DNA of 64,000 bases from Candidatus Peregrinibacteria bacterium Gr01-1014_25 (lineage in GTDB: Bacteria; Patescibacteriota; Gracilibacteria; Peribacterales; Peribacteraceae): NCBI GenBank assembly GCA_007376205.1, contig VMFU01000001.1, forward strand, positions 94,661 to 158,660, written 5' to 3'. The notes under the pieces were generated by a model, which was given only the letters and a program-made list of their open reading frames with translations, had not been told where the DNA came from and searched no databases. Position 1 is the stretch's first letter; each line of letters starts with the position of its first letter. The translations under genes and the position numbers were made by a program. Shown piece by piece: positions 27,003-36,134 of this stretch.

Positions 27003-29432
27003 ATGAAGATTTCCCTGGACTGGCTAGCGGACTTCATCGAATGGACCGAGCGCGATCCGGCCGTCATCGCCGAGCGCCTGACGGTGTGCAGCGCCGAGGT
27101 CGAGGAGGTGGAGGAACAGGGCGCACTGCTGGCGCACTGCTGCGTCGGCAAAGTGGTAAAGACCGCCCGGCACCCGAATGCCGACAAACTGTCGCTCGTC
27201 GACGTCGCCACGGACCATGGCACGAAGCGCGTCGTCTGCGGCGGATCGAATGTCCGCGAAGGGATGCTCGTCGCGTTCGCGCACGTGGGGGCGACGGTGC
27301 GATGGCACGGGGGCGACCGGATGACTCTGGAACGCGCGACCATCCGTGGCGAGGAGAGCGAGGGGATGATCTGCGCGGCGGAAGAGCTCGACCTTGGGGG
27401 CATGTTCCCGCCTTCGCCCGAAGACGGCCCGCGTCCCATCATCGACCTCATGCCTATGGCGCAGAGCGCGAAGCTCAAGGTTGGTATGCCTCTCCGCGAG
27501 GCCCTTGGCATGACCGACACGATCCTCCACGTCTCGAACAAAGCCATTCCGCACCGTCCCGACCTGTTCTCGCACATCGGCTTCGCCCGCGAGTGCGTCG
27601 CGCTGGGACTCGCGCGATGGAAGAAGCCCCGCGCACCAAAACTCCCGTTCCCGAAAACCCCCTGCCCCGTCCGCTGCCGCATCGACGTTCCCGACCTCGT
27701 GCCGCGGTACGTCAGCTGCCTGCTCACGATCGACGTCCTCGGCACGACGCCGGATTGGATGCGACGCCGCCTGGAGGCGACGGGATGGCGGTCGGTCAGC
27801 CTCCCCGTGGATATCACGAACTACGTGACGATGGAACTCGGGATGCCGCTGCACAGCTTCGATGCCGACGATCTCGTCGGCGACGTGTGCATGCGCACCA
27901 GTACGAAGGGCGAACGCCTCACCACGCTCGACGGCGCAGATCGCACGCTGCCGGACGGTGCGATCGTTTTGAGCGACAACGAGGGCATCTTCGACCTGCT
28001 CGGCATCATGGGGGGGCTGCGCAGTTCGACGAAGGAGACAACGCGCCGCATCTACCTGCACAGCGCGATCATCGACCCGGTCCGGATCCGGCGGACAATC
28101 ATCGCGACCGGCCACCGCACCGATGCCTCGACGGTCTACGAGAAGGGCGTCCCCCGCATCATGGCGAAAGCCGGATTGCTGCGGGCGGCGGAACTCTTCC
28201 TCGCTACCGTTCCCGGCTGCAAGCTCGCCTCACGCATCGACGAAGAGGGCGACGACGGCAGGGCGCCGTCGATTCCGCTGCGACCGGACCATGTGCGCGA
28301 CGTTCTCGGAGTGCGCATCCCCGACAAACGCATGATCGACGCATTGAGTGACCTGGGGTGCATAGTGAAACACAGCGGGAAGCAAAAACATGGCCCGCAC
28401 TCAAAGCTCAAAGCCCAAAGCCCAAAGCTAGCTGTCTTTCCGCCGCTCTGGCGGCTGCGCGACCTCACCGCGGAACACGATCTCATTGAAGAGATCGGCC
28501 GTATCACCGGCTTTGACGCCATTACGCCCGTCCTGCCGGCGGCCCCGGTGCTGCTGCATGCCCGCGACGAGCGTTCGAGCGCGCTGCGCCGAATGGCGAA
28601 GGAGCGCGGCTTCTGCGAACTGCTCCCACTCTCGCTCGTCGGCCCGTCCCTCGTGCGCAAGGCCGGCATGGATCCCTCCACCTGCGTCGCGCTGGCCAAC
28701 CCCCTCGGCGAAGAATTCTCGCTGCTGGCCCCCGGCCACCTGCCGCGCCTCCTGGAACATGCCTCGCGCGCAGTCCGCCAGACGGCGCATGACGTCAAAA
28801 CGTTCACCGTCGGCCGCATCTTCTCCCTGCCGCGCAACGAAGAACGCCGCTGCGCCCTTCTCCTCGTCGCCCGCGACGCCGCCGATCTCTCCCGTCCGCC
28901 GCTCCTGCGCCTGCAGGCCGACATCGCCGCCTGTATGGAAGATATCGGCGTTCCCCTCATGGTGCAGCCTGCCGAATGCATCCCGCCATCCGCCCACCCG
29001 GGACAGGCCGCGAGCCTCATGAGTGCGGGAACGAATGTGGGCCTCCTCTGCACGCTGCACCCCGATGTCTGCGAGCGTTTCGGCCTCCCGCCTTCGACGG
29101 CGTTCGCGAGCCTGTCCGTCGACGCCCTGCTGCGTTCGCCCCAGCGCGATGCGTTGCTGCGCGATCTGCCGATGTTCCCCGCAATCGTGTACGACGAGAC
29201 GTTCCCGCGCACGCACGCCAAGCGCATCGGGCCGCTGCTCGAAGAACTGCGCCGACGTCATGCGCTCCTCACGGACGTCGACATCACCGACCTGTACGTC
29301 AGCGCCGCGCTCCCCCGCGACCAGTACAATGTCACGCTGCGCTTCACGTATCGCGCGCCCGATCGCACACTGACCGAAGAAGAGGCGAAGGAGGTGCACG
29401 AGGAAGTCATCGCGGCGATCTCCGAAAAATGA
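27003..29432 (+). CDS. pheT: Phenylalanine--tRNA ligase beta subunit
   Basis: 809 aa. It begins MKISLDWLADFIEW, has a tRNA-binding domain (VGKVVKTARHPNADKLSLVDV), and B3/4, B5 and FDX-ACB-like regions. Confidence 0.9.
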   Translation: MKISLDWLADFIEWTERDPAVIAERLTVCSAEVEEVEEQGALLAHCCVGKVVKTARHPNADKLSLVDVATDHGTKRVVCGGSNVREGMLVAFAHVGATVRWHGGDRMTLERATIRGEESEGMICAAEELDLGGMFPPSPEDGPRPIIDLMPMAQSAKLKVGMPLREALGMTDTILHVSNKAIPHRPDLFSHIGFARECVALGLARWKKPRAPKLPFPKTPCPVRCRIDVPDLVPRYVSCLLTIDVLGTTPDWMRRRLEATGWRSVSLPVDITNYVTMELGMPLHSFDADDLVGDVCMRTSTKGERLTTLDGADRTLPDGAIVLSDNEGIFDLLGIMGGLRSSTKETTRRIYLHSAIIDPVRIRRTIIATGHRTDASTVYEKGVPRIMAKAGLLRAAELFLATVPGCKLASRIDEEGDDGRAPSIPLRPDHVRDVLGVRIPDKRMIDALSDLGCIVKHSGKQKHGPHSKLKAQSPKLAVFPPLWRLRDLTAEHDLIEEIGRITGFDAITPVLPAAPVLLHARDERSSALRRMAKERGFCELLPLSLVGPSLVRKAGMDPSTCVALANPLGEEFSLLAPGHLPRLLEHASRAVRQTAHDVKTFTVGRIFSLPRNEERRCALLLVARDAADLSRPPLLRLQADIAACMEDIGVPLMVQPAECIPPSAHPGQAASLMSAGTNVGLLCTLHPDVCERFGLPPSTAFASLSVDALLRSPQRDALLRDLPMFPAIVYDETFPRTHAKRIGPLLEELRRRHALLTDVDITDLYVSAALPRDQYNVTLRFTYRAPDRTLTEEEAKEVHEEVIAAISEK

Positions 29433-29992
29433 TGTCCATCGTCACCCGCACCGGCGACGGAGGAACCACCGGCCTGCTCGGCGGGACGCGGGTGCGCAAG
29501 GACGATCCCCGCGTGCATGCCGAGGGGACCATCGATGAACTCAATGCGCTCCTCGGCGTCGTCTGCGCGGAGAAGCGTTTGCCGCAAGCCATCCATGCCA
29601 TCATCGCCCGCTTGCAACATCTGCTCTTCACGGTTGGAGCCGATCTCGCTGCGCCGGCACGGCAGGCGACGGACGTCCCGCACATCACTGCGGAGCACAT
29701 CGCGATCATCGATGCGTGGATCGCTGCGATCGAACCGACGTTGCCCCCGCTAACCCGCTTCATCCTCCCCGGCGGCTCGCGCCCCTCGGCCCAGCTCCAC
29801 CACGCGCGGGCCGTCTGCCGGCGCGCCGAACGGTGGGCCGTCGCCCTGCAATCGCGCGAGACGATCGGCGAGCACGTCATCCCCTTCCTCAACCGCACGA
29901 GCGACCTTCTGTTCCTGCTCGCGCGCGAGGCGAACCGCGCCGAAGCCACCCCCGACATCGAAGTGGAATACTATCGTCCAAGACAGGCGTAA
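29429..29992 (+). CDS. PduO-type ATP:cob(I)alamin adenosyltransferase family protein
   Basis: [43 protein letters not shown]. The start overlaps the pheT stop. Confidence 0.85.
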   Translation: MMSIVTRTGDGGTTGLLGGTRVRKDDPRVHAEGTIDELNALLGVVCAEKRLPQAIHAIIARLQHLLFTVGADLAAPARQATDVPHITAEHIAIIDAWIAAIEPTLPPLTRFILPGGSRPSAQLHHARAVCRRAERWAVALQSRETIGEHVIPFLNRTSDLLFLLAREANRAEATPDIEVEYYRPRQA

Positions 29993-30054
29993 CACCGACA
30001 AAGGAAAGACTGCCTCCTTGCACAACCCGCCTGTCATCGTTACCCTCCCCTCGC

Positions 30055-30198
30055 ATGCTCGGTAAACTCCGCTGGCGCAAGCGCCTTCGCAAACACGGCT
30101 TCCGCAAACGCATGAAGACCGCCGATGGGCGCAAGGTCCTCGCGCGCCGCCGCACCCGCGGCCGCAAGCGCCTGACGGTGAGCAAGAAGACGAAATAG
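30055..30198 (+). CDS. rpmH: 50S ribosomal protein L34
   Basis: ..[31 protein letters not shown].., 47 aa. Confidence 0.9.
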   Translation: MLGKLRWRKRLRKHGFRKRMKTADGRKVLARRRTRGRKRLTVSKKTK

Positions 30199-30213
30199 GG
30201 TATTCTCCCACCC

Positions 30214-30507
30214 GTGATCCCACTCCTGCGCTCCATCGCGGCCGTCTGCTTCTATGCCCTGGGGACGACGTTTTTCGTCGCATACGCGCTCTGGCAGAGC
30301 GGCATCGGCGGCGTATGGCCGCTCTGGTGGCTGCAGATCGCGGATCTCCCCCTGCTCCTCTCGGGCGCGGTCTTCGGCGGCACGAGCGTCGTCATGAGCG
30401 TCGAGCAGACCCACGGAGCGTCTCCGGCGACCCGCATCGTCATCGGTCTCCCCCTTGCGCTCTTCATCCTGTTCCTCCTCTACCTCACCTTCAGCACGCT
30501 GCTCTAA
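30214..30507 (+). CDS. Small membrane protein (3 TM), unknown function
   Basis: GTG start, 97 aa, three hydrophobic segments. It is not YidD-like (no CRFxPSCS motif). Confidence 0.45.
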   Translation: MIPLLRSIAAVCFYALGTTFFVAYALWQSGIGGVWPLWWLQIADLPLLLSGAVFGGTSVVMSVEQTHGASPATRIVIGLPLALFILFLLYLTFSTLL

Positions 30508-30547
30508 TTCCTGCCCGAATCCCGAAGTCCTCTTCCCAATTCCCTCC

Positions 30548-31810
30548 GTGTACCACGTCGACACCCTCCCCTCCGGCCTGCGTATCTTGACGGCCCCCAG
30601 CGACGCGACCGCGTCCGTGACCGTCACCGTGTTCGCCGGAGCGGGATCGCGCTACGAAACAAACGCCGAGCGGGGCATCAGCCATTTCCTCGAGCACATG
30701 TTCTTCAAGGGCGGGAAGAAATACGTGAACACGAAGGAGGTCAGTGCGGCGATCGACGGCGTCGGCGGTGATTTCAACGCCTTCACAGGCAAGGAGTACG
30801 CGGGCTACTACGTGAAAGTCGCCGCGGAGCAATGCGAGCTGGCGTGCGACGTGCTCGCCGACATGCTCCTCCACGCCAGTTTCCCGCCGGAGGAAATCGA
30901 GAAGGAGCGCGGCGTGATTATCGAGGAAGAGAGGATGTACCAGGACACGCCGATGTACCGCGCGGGATGGGACTTCGAGGAATTACTCTACGGCGACCAT
31001 CCGCTCGGCTGGGACACGATCGGTCTGGAGAAGATCATCCTGTCCGTCACGCAGGACGATTTTCTGAAGCACAAGCGGCGCCTCTACACAGCGGAGAATA
31101 TCGTGCTGGCATTCGCCGGCGCCGTCACCCGCGAGCAGGCGCTGAAACTCGGCAAGAAGTTCTTCGGCGCGATCGACGGCAAGGGCAAGGAACCGTTCAT
31201 GCCCTTCACGACGTACAGCGACCGCCGCGTCTTCCTGCGCAACAAGAACACGGAGCAGGTCCATCTCGTGCTCGGCGTCCCGGGCGTCAGCGCGCTGCAC
31301 GACGATCACTTCGCCCAGAAACTGCTCGCCATCGTGCTGGGCGGCAACATGAGCTCGCGGATGTTTCTCAAGGTCCGCGAAGCGCGCGGGCTGTGCTACT
31401 ACATCTCCACCGAAGTCGACAGCTACCTCGACGGCGGCGCGCTCACGACACGGGCGGGCGTGGACCAAAGCCGCCTGGCGGAAGCCCTCACCGCGATTCG
31501 CCACGAGTACCTCGTCTGCGCGAAGGATGGGATCGAACCCGACGAGCTGGAACGCGCGAAGGCCTTCCTGAAGGGGAAGTTGATCCTGGGACTCGAAGAC
31601 AGTGAGGAGCGATGCCACTTCTACGGCAAGCAGCTCCTGCTCTACCCGAAGATCCGCGACATCGAGGCATACATGAAGGAAGTCGACGCCGTCACGCTCG
31701 ATCAACTCAACGCACTGGCCACACGAATCCTCAAGTCCGAAGAGCTGCGTCTCGTCGTCATCGGCAAGGGGCAGACCGAGGAGGGATTGGGGAAACTGTT
31801 GAAAGATTGA
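30548..31810 (+). CDS. Peptidase M16 (pitrilysin/insulinase) family protein
   Basis: HFLEHMFFKG (HxxEH) lies near the N-terminus. Start set at GTG 30548 (VYHVDTLPSGLRIL) to avoid overlapping the preceding ORF. Confidence 0.8.
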   Translation: MYHVDTLPSGLRILTAPSDATASVTVTVFAGAGSRYETNAERGISHFLEHMFFKGGKKYVNTKEVSAAIDGVGGDFNAFTGKEYAGYYVKVAAEQCELACDVLADMLLHASFPPEEIEKERGVIIEEERMYQDTPMYRAGWDFEELLYGDHPLGWDTIGLEKIILSVTQDDFLKHKRRLYTAENIVLAFAGAVTREQALKLGKKFFGAIDGKGKEPFMPFTTYSDRRVFLRNKNTEQVHLVLGVPGVSALHDDHFAQKLLAIVLGGNMSSRMFLKVREARGLCYYISTEVDSYLDGGALTTRAGVDQSRLAEALTAIRHEYLVCAKDGIEPDELERAKAFLKGKLILGLEDSEERCHFYGKQLLLYPKIRDIEAYMKEVDAVTLDQLNALATRILKSEELRLVVIGKGQTEEGLGKLLKD

Positions 31811-31868
31811 GCATTGTCATCGGCTTGTCGTTGGTCGCTTTGCATTCTCCAAACATCCCCGTTCTCAC

Positions 31869-31898
31869 GATCACCCATATACTAGTATATGGGTGATC
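31869..31898. repeat. Perfect 30-bp palindrome GATCACCCATATACTAGTATATGGGTGATC
   Basis: Verified by hand as self-reverse-complementary. It lies between the M16 peptidase stop (31810) and the metK start (32025). Confidence 0.9.
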
Positions 31899-32024
31899 TG
31901 ATCGCTGCGTGCTCTTTCTCTGAACAATTCCTGTGGGAACCCAATCGCTGCTGGACTGGACAGGAGTATGAACGGGAAGTACAAATCGCTCCATCCGGAC
32001 ATTTCTCATCATCCCCCCTTCCAT

Positions 32025-33179
32025 ATGTCCCACCTGATCTCCTCCGAATCCGTCACGAAAGGCCATCCCGACAAAGTCGCCGATCAGATCAGCGACGCCG
32101 TGGTCGATGCCTGCCTCGGGCAGGATCCGTCTTCGCGCGTCGCCTGCGAGACCCTCGTCAAGAACAATGCCGTCGTCGTCGCTGGCGAGATCTCGACGCG
32201 CGCCCGCCTGGACATCGAGGCGATCGCGCGGGTGGTGATTGCGAATATCGGTTACACCGACCCCGCGCTGGGGTTCGACGCGAGGGGGGCGACCGTGTTG
32301 CAGCTCATCGGCAACCAGAGCGGGGACATCGCCCGCGGCGTGGACCGCACCGACCCGCGTGAGCAGGGTGCCGGCGACCAGGGATTGATGTACGGCTACG
32401 CGACGAATGAGACCTTCAACCGCATGCCTCTCCCGATTCATCTGGCCCACCTCATCTCCAGGAATCTCCAGTTCTGGCGGGAATCTGGCGAGCTGCCATA
32501 CCTGCGTCCTGACGGCAAAAGTCAGGTGACTGTGGAATACGCCAGTGGCGAGATCCCGCCCCGCATCGATGCGGTCGTGCTATCGACGCAACACTCCCCC
32601 GACGTCACGCAGGAACGCCTTCGGGATGACGTGCGCACCCGTCTGGAAAAGCTGCTCGAGAACAGGGGCGTCGACAGCAGAACCACATACCTCATCAATC
32701 CCACCGGCAATTTCGAAATCGGCGGGCCGGTCGGCGATTGTGGTCTGACGGGCCGCAAGATCATCGTCGATACCTACGGGGGTGTCGGCCGCCATGGCGG
32801 CGGGGCGTTCTCCGGCAAGGATCCCAGCAAGGTCGACCGCAGCGGGGCGTACGCAGCCCGCTGGGCCGCGAAGCACGTGGTGAACGCCAACCTTGCGGAC
32901 TCCTGCGAAGTACAGATCGCGTACGCCATCGGCGTGGCCAAGCCCGTATCGATCCATGTGGATACATTCGGCACCGGCGTCGTCGACGACGACCAGATCG
33001 CGCGGGCGATCCGCGCCACGTTCGATCTGCGCCCGGCGGCGATCATCGAGGATCTCCGTCTTCTGCAGACGAAGTACCTGCCGCTTGCGTCGAACGGACA
33101 GATGGGGCGCGAAGATCTGGATGTCGCATGGGAACGCACCCCCCGCGTGGATGACCTCATGCGGCACATTTCCGGCTGA
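32025..33179 (+). CDS. metK: S-adenosylmethionine synthetase
   Basis: MSHLISSESVTKGHPDKVADQISDAVVDACL, GAGDQGLMYGYA and GGGAFSGKDPSKVDRSGAY. Confidence 0.95.
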   Translation: MSHLISSESVTKGHPDKVADQISDAVVDACLGQDPSSRVACETLVKNNAVVVAGEISTRARLDIEAIARVVIANIGYTDPALGFDARGATVLQLIGNQSGDIARGVDRTDPREQGAGDQGLMYGYATNETFNRMPLPIHLAHLISRNLQFWRESGELPYLRPDGKSQVTVEYASGEIPPRIDAVVLSTQHSPDVTQERLRDDVRTRLEKLLENRGVDSRTTYLINPTGNFEIGGPVGDCGLTGRKIIVDTYGGVGRHGGGAFSGKDPSKVDRSGAYAARWAAKHVVNANLADSCEVQIAYAIGVAKPVSIHVDTFGTGVVDDDQIARAIRATFDLRPAAIIEDLRLLQTKYLPLASNGQMGREDLDVAWERTPRVDDLMRHISG

Positions 33180-33182
33180 CCC

Positions 33183-35123
33183 CTAGTCCGCTCCCAGCTG
33201 CCGTAGTGCGCTGCGCGCGGCGCCGTTGCCCGGGTCGATCGCCAGCACCTGGCGGAAGCGCTCCGCCGCGCCGTCGCGGTCACCCATCTTCGCCAGCAGG
33301 ATGCCGTCATTGATGTACGCGGCGATGAAGCGCGGCGCCAGACGGATCGTCCACGCGTATTGTTCGTGCGCCTCGTTGTCGCGCCCGAGCGCCTCGAGGG
33401 CGACGGCCATGTTGTACCGCGCGTCGGGGAAGTACGCGTTGATCGCCAGCGCCTGCTCGTACGCGCCGACCGCATCCTCCCAGCGTCCCTGCGCCGCGAA
33501 GAGCGCGCCCAGATTCGTCGGCGCCTCCTCGAAGAGCGGATCGAGGCGCATTGCTTCGCGGTAGCGCGCCTCGGCCTGCGCGGACTGCCCCTCCTGTGCA
33601 AGGACGATGCCCAGGCCGAAATGCGCGAAGGGGCTAGCGGCATCGAGCTCGAGCGCCTGCGCATAGACCGCGTGAGCCTCGCTCAAGCGTCCCTGCTGCC
33701 GCAGCAGCGCGCCCAAGTTGCTCAAAGTTTTCGCGTGCGGCCGGATCGCCAGCGCCTTGCGATACTCCTCCTCGGCCTGCATGAAGGCTTTACGCAGCCG
33801 GTAGGCGTTGCCCAGGTTGTTGTGCGCGACGTGCGACGCCTCGGGGTAGAAGTGGATGACATTCATGAAGAGCGTCTCCGTCGTCTCCCACACCCGCAGC
33901 TGCCGGTGCGCGAGCAGGCCGAGCGCGGCGATGACGGCGAGGGCGACTGTCGCAACGGCGACGCGCAGGCGCGGCAGGCGCAGCGCGGCAAGCGATGCCA
34001 CCCATCCCGCGAGGAGGAATATTCCGAACGACGGAATGTACGCGTAGCGGTCCGACGCGAAATACACGTCCATGTCCCCGCCTTTGGCGAAGTTGAGGAA
34101 CGTCGGCGCGACCGTCACCAGGAAGAACGCAAGGCTGAAGGCGATCCACCGCTGGCGACGTACCGTCGCAACCGCCACTGCGCATAAAACCGCGATGATC
34201 CCCACCGACCACGCGATGTCCGCTGTCGCCAGACTGACCTGCTCCGTGTACGGGTAGAGGAGCGAGAAGTGCCGAGGCCAGAGAATCTGCTGCAGATAGA
34301 ACACGGCACTCTTGCAGGCCATGAGGAGTTTGGTCGCCGTGCTCGACGCGACGACGAGCTGCTGCTTACCCCCTAGCGCAATAACGCCGAACACGGCAGC
34401 GAGCGCAAGGTATGGGGCAATGTCGCGCCATAGTCCGGTCCGGCGCAGTTTTCCGTCACGCCACTCGACGAGGAGCAGCACGATGGGCAGCGTGATCACC
34501 ATCACTTTTGACAGAAGACCCAGGAGGAAAAACACCAGGCTCCACAGGCGCAGCCGCCGGTCGTCACGATCGCGTGCGTAGAGGTACGCAAGCAACGCGG
34601 CGAAGAATAATGCCGTCGACAGAACATCCTTCCGCGCGCTCGCCCACGCGACGGCCTCGGTGTGGAGCGGGTGGAGGAGGAAGAGGAGGCCGACGGCGAG
34701 TGCGGGAAGCGGGATTCGGGAAGAGGATTTCGGAAGCAAGAGAAACGCCGTCCACGCTGCGAGCAGCGCGCTGATCGTGTGCAAAAGGAGATTGTCCAAG
34801 TGGAATGGCCACGGCGCGCCGCCGCCGATAAGCCAGTCAAATTGGTACGTGAGGAATGTGAGCGGGATATAAAGCTCGGGGTCGTAGTGGGTGAAGATCC
34901 ACGCGATGGACCACGGAGCGATCGCCTGTACCGCCGGCTGCTCCGTGATGAGGAGGCCGTCGTCCCATCGCACGAAGGGAAAGCCGACGACGCGCCCGTA
35001 CGTTGCAGCGGCCAGAACACCGAACAGCACGGCAATGCCTGCCAGAATGTGCCGGGCGGGCAACCGCGGGAGGGCGGGTTCTTCCATGGGACGATGGTAG
35101 CTGTAAGAAAATGGCGGTTCCAT
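33183..35123 (-). CDS. TMTC-like protein: N-terminal polytopic GT-C-type membrane domain fused to C-terminal TPR repeats
   Basis: 646 aa. There are about 10 TM segments in the first 400 aa or so, then repeated TPR units (..AHNNLGNAYRL.., ..SNLGALLRQQGRLSEA.., ..FGLGIVLAQEG.., ..TNLGALFAAQGRWEDA..). The alternative start is 35087. Confidence 0.7.
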   Translation of the reverse strand: MEPPFSYSYHRPMEEPALPRLPARHILAGIAVLFGVLAAATYGRVVGFPFVRWDDGLLITEQPAVQAIAPWSIAWIFTHYDPELYIPLTFLTYQFDWLIGGGAPWPFHLDNLLLHTISALLAAWTAFLLLPKSSSRIPLPALAVGLLFLLHPLHTEAVAWASARKDVLSTALFFAALLAYLYARDRDDRRLRLWSLVFFLLGLLSKVMVITLPIVLLLVEWRDGKLRRTGLWRDIAPYLALAAVFGVIALGGKQQLVVASSTATKLLMACKSAVFYLQQILWPRHFSLLYPYTEQVSLATADIAWSVGIIAVLCAVAVATVRRQRWIAFSLAFFLVTVAPTFLNFAKGGDMDVYFASDRYAYIPSFGIFLLAGWVASLAALRLPRLRVAVATVALAVIAALGLLAHRQLRVWETTETLFMNVIHFYPEASHVAHNNLGNAYRLRKAFMQAEEEYRKALAIRPHAKTLSNLGALLRQQGRLSEAHAVYAQALELDAASPFAHFGLGIVLAQEGQSAQAEARYREAMRLDPLFEEAPTNLGALFAAQGRWEDAVGAYEQALAINAYFPDARYNMAVALEALGRDNEAHEQYAWTIRLAPRFIAAYINDGILLAKMGDRDGAAERFRQVLAIDPGNGAARSALRQLGAD

Positions 35124-35139
35124 CGTCTATAGTGTTGTC

Positions 35140-35649
35140 ATGCAACGCTTCGTCTCCGTCTCCATTGCTGCTCTCCTCACCGTTGTTCCGCTTGCCGCGT
35201 CGGCGCGTGACGATTCCATGGCCACCGTGCAGCGGGAGAAGATCCTCAAGGAACTGGCCTGCGGTACGAAAGTCGGCAGGGACATCGGCAGCTGTCTGCG
35301 CGATAAGCAGAAGACCGTGCGGGAGATGCGCAAACGCTTCCTCGATCAGCAGCAGGTGCGCGTGAAGCAGTGGTACAAGGACCACGCTTCCGAAGGAGTC
35401 GGCCCGGAGTACCTCCGTGCGCTCAATGCCTTCCTCAAAGGGATTGAGGAGGAGCGGAGGGCGTACGACCGTGTCCTGCAGGACATCCGTCGGGACATGG
35501 AGAGCGAACGTCGCCAGCTGCGCGGGCGCAATCGTCCCGTGCCGGTGACGGAGCGCGTCTCGCCGTCCACGACGGACAAACGCTGCTTCGTCGGCACACG
35601 CCGGCAGCAGAGCCAATGCCTCCGGCGATTGCTGCATCCGGTGAAATAG
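35140..35649 (+). CDS. Secreted hypothetical protein
   Basis: Signal-peptide-like MQRFVSVSIAALLTVVPLAASA. The remainder is charged and Arg/Glu-rich. Confidence 0.55.
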   Translation: MQRFVSVSIAALLTVVPLAASARDDSMATVQREKILKELACGTKVGRDIGSCLRDKQKTVREMRKRFLDQQQVRVKQWYKDHASEGVGPEYLRALNAFLKGIEEERRAYDRVLQDIRRDMESERRQLRGRNRPVPVTERVSPSTTDKRCFVGTRRQQSQCLRRLLHPVK

Positions 35650-35702
35650 ACGGGACAAAACCGCCGGTCTTGCGTACACTGCCCGCAACCTTCCTCCCGA
35701 CC

Positions 35703-36122
35703 ATGGAACGTACGCTCATTCTTCTCAAACCCGATTGCATCGCCAAAGGCCTCTGCGGCGCGGTCATGTCGCGCTTCGAATCCGCCGGCTTCAAGATCCG
35801 CGGATGCAAGATGCTCCATCTGGGCAAGGACCTCTTGCGCGACCACTACGCGCACATCGCCGACAAGCCCTTCTACCCCGACGTCGAGAGTTTCATGGGC
35901 TCCACACCGGTCATCGCGCTGGTGCTGGAGGGGGCAAACAGCGTCGCGGCCGTCCGCGACATGCTCGGGCCGACCGACAGCCGCAAGGCGCCCAAGGGCA
36001 CGATCCGCGGGGACCTTGGGGTCGACATGATGGTGAACATCGCGCACGCGTCGGACTCGCCGGAGACGGCGCAGAAGGAAGTCGCGCGCTTCTTCAGCGA
36101 CGAAGAATTGTTTCCGTACTGA
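35703..36122 (+). CDS. ndk: Nucleoside-diphosphate kinase
   Basis: MERTLILLKPDCI.., NIAHASDS (active-site His). Confidence 0.95.
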   Translation: MERTLILLKPDCIAKGLCGAVMSRFESAGFKIRGCKMLHLGKDLLRDHYAHIADKPFYPDVESFMGSTPVIALVLEGANSVAAVRDMLGPTDSRKAPKGTIRGDLGVDMMVNIAHASDSPETAQKEVARFFSDEELFPY

Positions 36123-36134
36123 AGCTTCACGCCA

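Noticed and set aside
31811-32024. SAM riboswitch upstream of metK.
   Set aside because: I could not find SAM-I-like conserved cores (for example the GAGGGA...GCCC...GCAACC pattern) or any other class I can recognise by eye. Only the 30-bp palindrome stands out. A covariance-model scan is needed to be sure.
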